Assembly: GCA_951406725.2 (NCBI GenBank) | Contig: OX597817.1 | Location: 45,446,001 to 45,510,000 of the forward strand | Direction: 5' to 3' | Source: Octopus vulgaris | Taxonomy: Eukaryota | Length of the DNA: 64,000 nucleotides | In this document: positions 53,520 through 64,000 of the stretch, in pieces | Position numbering within the stretch: the stretch's first letter is position 1 | Layout of the letters: each line of letters begins with the position of its first letter | Program-made: the position numbers and the translations under genes | Notes under the pieces: model-generated | The model's database searches: none | Seen by the model: only the letters and a program-made list of their open reading frames with translations | What the model was told of the DNA's origin: nothing

Positions 53520-54920
53520 TTTTACTCCCTGTATAAAGTTTTACGGATTTTGCAGTTCCACTGATGGATTGGATCTGGAGTCCTCAGATGAACTTTCTTT
53601 TTCTGGTTTTGAGAAGCCTAATTTCTCAAGATTCGTATTTAGGCAGTGATTTACATATGTCAGAGCCCCAATAATTAGTGGTGTAAACCTGAAATTATAA
53701 TCTAAATAGAGTAACTGCAGATTTCGCAGTTCAGTGTAGGTGTTCTCTTTTTCACTGATCTTCAGCTTTATGTTAACATCCGCTGGGCAGCCAATTTCCA
53801 CAACTGTACACAGTTTCACTTCCCTATCACAAATCATTATTACAGGTCTGTTGTGCTTACATTTTATTGAGGCTTTCACTGGGATGTTCTACCAGTATTC
53901 TTTTCTAATACAAGTGGATATGGCTTCTACCATATTGTGGGTTTTTATTTCTTTGTCCGCGGGTTTTCCTTCCGGCGTATGAATACTGACGCTACAAACA
54001 CATTCTGGGCCACTGTTTTATTGAATGCAGAGAGATACTAGGCCAATTTTATTTTGCTGTAATATTCTTGAATATGTATGTATGCATGTATGCGTACATA
54101 TAAATATAATCCATGCCGATAGAAAAAATTATAGAGTGCCCTAGTTTTAACATCATGACTATCCTATAGATTATACTGTGATGATATTTTCGGACAACTG
54201 CTTATCATGTAGATAATATCTTAGGTGTTAATTCCACAAAGTTTGCATCGTTTGTCACCTTTAAATGCTTTTCTTGCATCTCTATCCATTTTGTAGCTCA
54301 GGTACTTGGTTGATATTTCCTCTTCCTGGATTGCAAACGCAGTAATCCGGCTATTGTTCCATCATAGACTGCTTTGATGATCAATGTTACTATCATCTCG
54401 GGGCATTCTACTAAAATATCAATGCATAGTTTTCTACTCATATATGCTCATCGTTACATCTGATGTCACATTTCGGTAGAGACGTGCGACTTCTTTAGAC
54501 ATGTATTTAACATTATCAGAGAAGGAATACTGCTCAAGGAGCTGCCTTCCACTTCTTAGGATGTTATCAGCCTCACGCATGCGAACTTTTCAATGGTTGT
54601 ACTTCGACAATTGGTGGTTAAAATACGTTGCCGAATGGATATGATACGACATTCAAAGGCATTTTAGATCGATGTTAAGCCTATACCGCCTTGTTTTCGT
54701 TTTAGGTAGATGCGATCTATATCACTGTTTATGAGGAAATGAAATTTTGTTTGCTTTTTAGTATTTTACAGGTTTTCACATCAATGGTTCGGATCCCATC
54801 AAGAGTCCAATCAAGCAGCCCAAATGTTCGTATGATTACTTACACTGCAAACACTTTCTGAGCCACTTTGTTTTTGAATACAGATATGAGGTCCAAATTT
54901 TCTTTATTTGCATGTAATAT
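53520..54920 (-). mobile_element. Decayed R4/Dong-type (RLE) LINE: RT thumb, CCHC knuckle and endonuclease
   Basis: NSDIDRIYLKRKQGGIGL, FAIQEEEISTKYL, CKLCG..MISSCPK, HNRPVIMICDREVKLCTVVEIGCPADVN...PLIIGAL; several stops and frameshifts. Confidence 0.88.
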
Positions 54921-55039
54921 TTTAAAATATGTGTGTATGTGTATATATACATATAATATATACCAATGGAAAAATATGTTTCCGGTTTTCTTCAAGTGTT
55001 TCATGTCTCCGTTATATTCTACCAGTGTCACAGTTGTTA

Positions 55040-55456
55040 TCTAATCTATAAAAAAAAGAAGGCAAACGTTGATTTTTATGTAAAAAGAAATCTAAATTGG
55101 GCTGGAAGGGGATTAAAATTTACAGGGTGGGGTACATTGAGGTGAGAAATTGATTGGGATACGTTTTGGGGCGCTACAGTGGTTGCTTTGGTGTGAAAAC
55201 GGGGATTTTATTTTCTTTCTCAACTTACTCAAGATCTCTTGTTTTTTTATAAATGGGAGACAGATAGATAGAGAAAGACAGAATAGGAGAAAGCGAGGGA
55301 GAGTCCGAGAGAAAGAAAGATTAAGAGATTGGGAAAGTTAGAGAAAAAGGAGAGAGTAACAAAGAGGAAGAATGTGACGATAAGAATCAGAAAGGAAGCA
55401 ACAGAAAGTAACAACCACATCCTCACCTGCGCGTAGAGCGGGTCACCTTAAACTAC
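55040..55456 (+). mobile_element. Probable degenerate non-autonomous Helitron
   Basis: a|tctaatctataaaa 5' end; 3' hairpin acctgcgcgtagagcgggt followed by ctac|t (degenerate CTAG). Confidence 0.5.
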
Positions 55457-56256
55457 TTATATATAAAATTCGAAAGAATAGATTGTAAATGCAAACAGCT
55501 TATATCCCTTTTTTATAATTACATGGATTATGGCAACGAGAAAATTCGCATAACGATTTAGAAACTTCAAGATGCGATAAAGAGTACGTATATGTGACTT
55601 ATTTTTTTGTAATACTTCTTCAGAACACATTATTCTCAGGTTTTCTCGAAGGCAATTAATCCGTTGAAATTATTTGTGAATCTGAATTTTAAATTTTATT
55701 CGAAACTCAAAAATTCGATAATCAAAAAATATGTGAACGGCTTTTTTTAAATATTAGCAACGCTTGCTTGGCTTTCGTTTGTTTCATTTATAATCAAGAG
55801 ATACGTAGTTCGGAAATTTCTACTCTTCTCATCGTTTACCACATATTCTCATTGATATGATGGCAATAATGTGTGTCTCTTCATCAATATAACGGGAATA
55901 ATCTGTGTCTCTTATTATTTCTAAGCTATTTAAAAAACATACTGCTACGAATATGACTTTCGACTGTTTTATGAAGGATATATTTTGTTGAGATTCATGT
56001 GACTCCTGAGATGTTCGTCGAAATTAAAAGCGATGTTAAAGGTAGAACATTTTTGTACGTCGAACATCAGAAAATTATTTTTATTACTTTTGCGTTTATT
56101 CCGCAATTTCAGCTTGCGAAATATTACAAACATAATGTCACCGTGAGTTTATAAATATGTTGGTGTATATACATACAGACTTACATATATATAAACATAC
56201 ATATATTGATACGTACAGTACATATACACGCGTATATCTCTCTCTCCCTCTCTCAC

Positions 56257-56300
<44 letters not shown>

Positions 56301-57149
56301 CAGTACATGTAAGTGTATGTGTTTATAAATGCATATATGTATATCCATATATGCATGTATATATGTATGTCTCGGAATGTGACTATGAGTATCGTGTGTG
56401 TATATGTGTCTGTCTTGTATATATGGACCGAGTGCACTATAATCTCAAAGATTCATCTAAAACATACAAACTAATATCCGCTTGATTTGAGCGTAAAATA
56501 CACACACAAACACACGAATACAAATAGAAAATACGCACACACATATACAATCACAAAATCCCACACTCCGTGGTTATTGTGTACTTCGTGGTCATCATAT
56601 AGTCTCATTAATATAGGGCTAAAACACTTACAATTTGCATGCGTATAGTTTGTCTATGAAAATAACGAATTTATACAGCCTCAGTAGATAGTGAATTTCA
56701 TCTTTATATCATACGTTACATTTGTTATTACACTAAGAATAACTACAAATTCTGTGAATTGTTACTTTTCAGAGCTCTGCGCTCTTGTTATTTCCATTCT
56801 AAATGAGAAAATATTTCATACGGTGCCATCTTCTAAAAGGCTCCATGTAACTCTTTAATGAATAGTTTTTTTTTAATTTGTCAAACATACTAATGGCGGT
56901 GCCCTAGCATGACCACAGCTCGTGAGCTGAAACTAGATAAAAAAAATTATCTATTGCCCCGGTAGCGTATGTAATCTATATCGAGAGCTATAACAATGGG
57001 TGTCAGGCATTTATCAAAATACTCTTGTCACTAATTTCTGCAACATTTAAGGATGGTTGTAAAAGTATGAAAATATTTATGAAAATATTTTTGAAAATAT
57101 TTACTCAGATACATCACGCACTTCAAACTACGCCATTAACTCAGTGATC

Positions 57150-57970
57150 ATTTGTCTATAACGTACTCACTCTTATTATGTAGCATTCCTAATACTGGGG
57201 TCGTCGCGTATTGTCATCATTTATTTTTCCTGGGGTCTTCCACCTATAAATAGATAAGAGCACTTGATAATGTTTTATTTACAATTATCTAACTGAAAAA
57301 ATGCAGCAATTTTAATGTTCCAAGTAAACAATTATATTATCCAGTCTCTTTCGTTATATTTTCATTGTCTTCATAACGATTCTACTGAACACATTTCCCA
57401 TTATATTTCAAATTTGTTTTGACTACCTTTTCACAGTTCCTACTATTGTTGGCATTTGATTATATCGTCTGGTCTTTTAGACATTTCACTTTTTATCATT
57501 GTTCACAACGTGTTACTATAAGCTCATCATCACATGATGTCTGTCTTTCAAGTCAATGCTTTTTTCTCCTTATTTTTTGAAATACAATTAAACTTCAAAG
57601 ATGTTACCCATCTGGAGCAAGAGTACGAAAGTTTCTTTTATATATTTTTCTAGCTTTCAATCCAAATATTCATGGGTAATTCTATTCACATCCTATCAGA
57701 TTGATTTCATTTTTATTATCTTATTTTTTAATCAGCGAAGAGCAGAATTTACCGATTGTAATCTTTCCTTTTTTTAGTGGTTCTGCTGACGTGGAGGGGG
57801 GTCCAAATATACCAGATAATAATATTGAGTGCTTTATTGAATATCTGAGAGATTCTGCTGTTGCCTGTAGTTTGATATATTCGCGGTGTTGGACATTTGT
57901 TCCCCCAAATTTTTATTGTATGGCTTCACTATCTCGTTTGGCTTCCCAAGTCCATATTTTCGGGTAACGT
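57150..57970 (-). mobile_element. Highly decayed Penelope-like (RT to GIY-YIG linker) coding remnant
   Basis: Fragmentary minus-strand translations IIWY/PPST..IGKFCSSLIKK and KLSYSCS/MGNI resemble the PLE linker IIWFNPPF..NIGK.FL.LI.KH..VKxSYSC; heavily broken. Confidence 0.45.
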
Positions 57971-60372
57971 TCATTCAGTATCTCCTCATCTGTTGGAAGT
58001 AAAGTGACATTCATAAATAGCGCTCATACGATGTATATAAATTCTCTATCTTTCATATCCCTCATCTTTTAATGTTATTCTAGATGAATATATGGTAACG
58101 TATATTTCCAGTGAATTGCCTGAGTATAAATAAGTTTTAGTAACAGAGAGAACGGGAATTTATCACATGTCATTTTAGCGACTAGTTTTTGTGGTTGATG
58201 TTGGTGGTTAAGCGTAGTTATTAGTCGTTAATCATTCCAGTTTATAATAATTATCACCGGGATATTATTCACAGCCGCTTTTTAAAGAGTTTTTGGAGGG
58301 AAAACGGTTTCTTTTTTCTTTGCATTCATTTTTATTAAATACACTAGATTTTACGCTCTTCTGATACAGGTGTTAATGAAACCTTTCTATAGCATCTTAG
58401 TAATTTGTTGTCTTGTGTTATTTTGGGAAATCATTGTGACATAGGGTAAAAGGAGAGCATCACTAGAAGTAGTAAAGTAGCGAGCTACATGCTTCATATA
58501 TACGTTCTGTGTTTTGTGTTCAAATCACACAATGTTCAAAGATACACATGAACTCCGATAATAAAAATCACCTTCTTACATTCAGATTGTTTGTTTCCCT
58601 TATAGATATGCCAAGAATTCTTTTAGGTCGTTCAGTTGTTAACAATCATTTTATGTAAATTAATGGCAACAAATATTTTTAGCAAATGAACATCTATACA
58701 TGTCGGAAACGTCTGGATATAGCAGGATTGATATTTCAATGTTTTTTTTGTTTCCTTCTACAGAACAATATAATTAAACATTTATAAATCACTTGCATTT
58801 GTTCAAGTATCACTAATAATCATACGGTGCATTTGACAATCGTGATTTTATTCATTTTCCATCATAAAAGTAGTTATGTCTTTTAAAACTTAATCGGGGA
58901 TATATATTTGTTTTAAAAATGATATAAGTTTTTTAAACAGTTATCGAAAATTCATAATTGTCTGTATTCAAAAATTCCAAAAAAGAGATAATATTTCAGT
59001 TACTTTAATAAGCAGAGAAATCTTAAATGTCGGTTCTTATGTATTTTATATTATTTTCCTGAAACAAAAACAACATATAAATAGTAATCTCATTTGTCCA
59101 GTGACATATTTTTACTGTAAATATGTTGTCAGATAATTTACAGCGCGTTTCCTTATATTGTAACATATCTAAAACAGGTGTCAAAGATTCTCAATCTGTT
59201 ATTTGTTTTAAGTGTCTTTCACTCTAGATTTAGAAGTACAAATTACGTCATTACTTATGGAAGAATAATTTAGAATATACCACGTAGTGTATAAGTAAAT
59301 TCGCAACACACCGAATCATTGATCCTGTTCCACTTCTCCCTTAAAGCCCATTCACTTACGTAGGATGAAATGTTATGTACTTCAAAGTTTTTGACCTCTT
59401 TGATAAATTTGCAAAACGGAGATTGGAAATCAATAATTTTATCGATACACATTGAATTTATGAATTAATAATGTATTAAATTCGGTACACCTTCATTTGT
59501 TGTATTACTTTGCATATATTTAACTATTGCATTCCTGTAATTTGTGATAATATCGGAAACCATTAAATCAACTTCCCTTGTTTATTTGCGTTTTATTTTT
59601 CTCTTTTTCATTTTCTGATGTCATTTACTTCGTAAATAATTTGCATATTGTTTTTTTTCCTGTAACGCTACTAATCATGCATGCGCATATTTAAGCAAAC
59701 GTAGTTTTCTTCATTAACCTTCTTAAATAAATATTTCTTTTAAATTTTAATTGATGATATTCTTAATACATTTATTTCAAATGCCGCGAGATAAGATTCA
59801 CTAGAAAAACATGGAATTATTTCATTTGAATTTTACATTTTAAACTTCCGGAAGCAAATCTTTTAATTTTACTATTTCTTTAACATAGAGAACGTCTAAT
59901 ATATTAGCCGAAAAAAAAAATTAAACAGAGATGAATTTAACAGAATTCCATTCTTGTGGGCTGAAATTTCTTTCATTATTACTGGGTTTCATTTATAGAT
60001 TGTTACTATTAATTTTCTTTTCCTACAATTTTCGGTATTTTCATTTCTGTAGTTGTTTTGATATATAGTAAAGCAGTTAAAAGTTTATATTATTTTGTAG
60101 ACTGTTTGCTATGTCGTTATTAGCCAATGGCATTATGCATTAGGAATAATAGGAAAGAGAATATCAACGGATAGAGTTAGCAAATTAGTAAACGAGAGAA
60201 CTCTCCTCAAGGAAAGAATTGTAATAGTTTTGTTCTTTAACAATAACTCACGAATTTATTGATGTATATTAGAAGAAACTTTCTTCAATATTCATAACCA
60301 TATATATATATAAATATGTGTGTGTGTGTGTGTGTGTGTACGCATATATATATATATGCATATGTGCATATA

Positions 60373-60452
60373 TATAGTTCATCGAAACATGAAAACAAAT
60401 AGAAAACACAACGCGAGGACGTGGAACAAGTATACTGTTATTGGAGTTCAGG

Positions 60453-60454
<2 letters not shown>
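60373..60454 (-). mobile_element. Partial copy of the 11043-11232 element, lacking the hammerhead
   Basis: aacgcgaggacgtggaacaagtata..ttattgg..tcaggaa matches the reverse complement of 11144-11228; TA flanks. Confidence 0.8.
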
Positions 60455-60507
<53 letters not shown>

Positions 60508-60950
60508 TATGTGTATGCATTCATATATGTGCGTGTGTGTGTGCATACGCATATACACATATGGATTTCTCTATATAATATCATTTCATATATATCAATA
60601 TATTACTATCATAAAATATTTAGTGAGGAAAGTGAGATAAATTTCTTTACGGTTTCTGATAGAGCAATGCGGAATCCAACATTTTTCGACAAGATAAAGC
60701 ATCTTACACGTAGAGTTCAGTATTCTAACGTCTTTCAATATTCCTCGATATCACAAGCTGTGTAAACCAAGTAATTTCCATTTATTACCCAACCCATTGG
60801 ATTGAAATGGCTGTGAATATGGGATTGATAATTCGTTCAACTCAATGTACGATAGTCAATAGTATAACGTTATTACGATATATCTATCTGAACACTTAGA
60901 GTAGCTGTGTAAACAACAATTATATTTATCATTTCTCACCAGACCATGGC

Positions 60951-61250
60951 TTGAAAGCCACGGTTTCCAATCTCTGCTGGTACCATGCCAGATTTAAGGA
61001 CAAAGTCCGTCGATGCATCCAGCCCTTGTTCTTTCAAGCTGTCGGAAAACTAGTTGGGGAAAATTTGGGCACCTCAATTTCTTCCCGCAATATTTCATCT
61101 CAATGTGCATTCTTTGTTAAGGATCGCGTGCCTCACGAATTGTTTCTGGTTGACACTGGATCCAGCTGTTCTGTTTGGCTTTGCGTCTTACTTCAGAGAA
61201 GCCGAGGCAATCAGCCATTAACCTGCACGCGGTGAATCTGTCCCCTTACA
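60951..61250 (+). mobile_element. Ty3/Gypsy gag-protease junction fragment
   Basis: LCWYHARFKDKVRRCIQP (gag knuckle-like), then FFVKDRVPHELFLVDTGSSCSV (DTG aspartic protease) and a frameshifted INLHAVN; no LTR seen. Confidence 0.85.
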
Positions 61251-62999
61251 GACGGTATGAGTGTTTGTTCTACATATTCCGTCTCTTTATTTTTCAGATT
61301 AAAAATCAACCAAGGTGGACTTGTTTTACATTCTTTCGGAATCGATAAAATATTTTACTTCTGAAGCAGTTCTTTAGACGGTAACGACTCACCCTCTGTC
61401 GTCCAAAACTGCTGGTCTTGTGCCCATGTAAAAAAGACCAATTAATGGTCATCACCTAGAAATACCCATGTTTCAATGTCAATGTTTTTCATTGGCCATA
61501 AGGTTTTTTGTCTATGACAAGATAGCAAAATTTGTTATTTGTTTCTTTCGGTATTATATATGTTGTATATTATAAGGCGTACGGCTTATTAAATTATACA
61601 ATAAAATATTTAACGCTTACGAAATTTAATTAAAATCTATCGTAATTAATAATAGAAGGAAATGGTAAGAGAAAACTGAAGTTTTATGCTTTATGCAAAA
61701 CTATCTAAAATATATATATACGTAAGACAGTCCTTCAATAACTTTCAAAGATTCACTCTCCATATAAGTTAAGAGCAAGCTCTATGACGCGCTGTTGCTG
61801 TCTGTATATATACTTCTTTCACTGTGCCGCGAGGATGATCATGAAATTTTAAATAAAAGTTTGTCACTCGTTCCAGACACGATTTATATATCCACTCTTT
61901 CATATTTTAAAGCCTAAGCAAAAATATGTTTTCCAACGTTTCATGTAACATCCCTGCAATCTAATAAAAATTTTAAAATAGGAAATTCTCTAATTCTGTA
62001 TTTAAAAATTAGACAAATAGAGAAACCGCTTCGTGCCTGCTGGACCAAGAGAGAACAGCCAAATTCTTTAAAACCACAATCAATCGTCTTTAAAAACGAA
62101 TGCACCAACTGATTCGGTGCAAACTTTCTTACATGAGGGATTAATAAAAAAGATGTTCTGATTGGAATCACTTCCAATAAAATTTCTGCTTGATCTTAGG
62201 TGATCTCAATATGGAAGGATGGATATTGCAACAACAGTAATAGCTTACAAAAGTCATGCATTCTGCCGCCACTCTCTCCTAATTTTCCTAAAAGAGTCCG
62301 TGATTAGTCTCTTACATCTTCATTCTTCCTATCAATTAATTGGTGACATAGGTTCTAATATCAGACTGTAATATAATTAAACATTTGTTAATCAATTATT
62401 GTTGTTAACGTACATGATAATGATATCAAGTAGTATTTACATGAAAAGAATGCGTAAGGTTCGAGTGGCATATTTAGTGACAAAAGCCATACTTTGAAAG
62501 TACTCCCACTACTCAAATGCCGTTTAGAATCTTGAATATATAAATTGAATAAGATTCTTTTCAATTTTCTTTCATTTCTTATTTTTCTATTATTTCCAAA
62601 CGCTGAATAAAATATATTATTTCTAATTATCACTTTAGGAGTATTTCGCTTAAAATAGAAGTAACATAAATATTTTTATATAGATACTTAATTTCAGATA
62701 TTAGCGACAATTAAATGAAAAGAAAATATTAATTCAGGACAGTAATTAAAACAAACAATTATGTAAGCAGTCTAATGAAAACTAATACGTTTAGAAATTG
62801 AATACTGAATAAATTTTATGAAATAATAGTAACCCAAGGAGATAATTGTCGAATAATAGAGGCAGACAGGGAGAAAGTAGAGAAATTAAAATATTGTTGA
62901 AATTGAGAAAAAAAAAACATTGCTTCTTGAGATATTCAAATAAAAATATTATCGCGCATGCGCAGATGGTAGCAGAAAACTTTAAATGTTTTTTCAGAC

Positions 63000-63135
63000 G
63001 TTGCAGTGTGGTGAGAGGCTTGTTTCAAAACTAGGTAATCCTGAGTTCAGACACACTGAGTGGCATCTGGGGCAAGTGTCTTCTACCATAGCCTCGGGCA
63101 GTAATAGAAGCTTTCTGACGGAAACTGAAAGAAAC
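63000..63135 (+). mobile_element. SINE family B 5' part, degenerate
   Basis: ggggcaagtgtcttctaccatagcctcgggc...gacggaaactgaaagaa. Confidence 0.75.
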
Positions 63136-63364
63136 CATATGTAAAGATACATGTAAAATTGTAGAATAACGATAATCCTTGGATGGAATTTATAAATATT
63201 TAATGCATCGCAACGCGCGTTTCCACAAATCACATGTCTCTTAAGATTAAGGCCCGTATTCTTGGGATAATTAGTGTACTCCGTAGTATGTGTGGGTATC
63301 TGTTTGATCATCATCATTGATTCATTTCTTCTGCAGATATGAAATTAGTTCATGTAAAACTATT

Positions 63365-63409
<45 letters not shown>

Positions 63410-63420
63410 CTATATATAAT

Positions 63421-63454
<34 letters not shown>

Positions 63455-63578
63455 TAATTATATATAACATATATATATATATATATAATTACACACATAT
63501 ATAAATATATATATATATAGTATATAGTTATATATATATATATACATATATATATAATTATATATATATATATATACT

Positions 63579-63633
<55 letters not shown>

Positions 63634-63668
63634 TGTATGTATGTGAGTGTGTTAATATATATATATAT

Positions 63669-63900
63669 ATTTCTTTATTGCCCACAAGGGGCTAAGCACA
63701 GAGGGGCCAAACATGAACATACAAAGGGTTTAAGTCGATTACCTCGAACCCAGTGTGAAACTGGTACTTTATTTATCGACCCCGAAAGGATGAACGGCAA
63801 AGTCGACCTAGGCGGAATTTGAACTCAGAGTGTAGCGGCATCGAATTACTGCTAAACATTTCGTCCAACGTCCTAACTATTCTGCCAGCTCGCCTCCTTA
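63669..63900 (-). mobile_element. SINE family A, full length
   Basis: Colinear with the other copies; follows a long (TA)n array at 63367-63670. Confidence 0.93.
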
Positions 63901-64000
63901 TAGTGTAATGTTAATAGCAACAAAATAATATCTCCGATGCCTGGCCAATAATCCAACGTCAACAACACATAATCCGTGTGTGCATAACAGAATCGTTACT

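Overview
AT-rich, microsatellite-saturated eukaryotic DNA, apparently intronic or intergenic. The SINE families and repeat landscape suggest an octopus genome (inference, not checked). No intact host gene is evident, and nearly all ORFs in the supplied track are translations of (TA)n/(CA)n/(AAT)n arrays or SINEs. The supportable content is: more than 30 copies of three groups of tRNA-headed SINEs; fragments of CR1/L2-type, RTE and R4/Dong-type (RLE) LINEs; a Ty3/Gypsy gag-protease fragment; three internally deleted mariner elements; one clear and one probable non-autonomous Helitron; a decayed 28S rRNA fragment; and a 100-N gap. The most interesting signal is a set of short elements, mostly in (TA)n, that carry minimal type-I hammerhead-ribozyme folds of the kind known from Penelope-like elements. 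These include one canonical-core copy (11092-11126), a subfamily with a recurrent non-canonical CUGUNGA core, a tRNA-headed hammerhead-remnant element, and a copy inside a long inverted repeat. Also notable: a near-perfect 140-bp-arm palindrome (25083-25374); a TSD-bounded 415-bp non-autonomous RTE derivative whose 3' end matches an RTE LINE remnant in the same window; combinatorial shuffling of SINE head, body and tail modules; and a recurrent SINE dimer junction. All coordinates were read by eye and the ends of degenerate copies are approximate.
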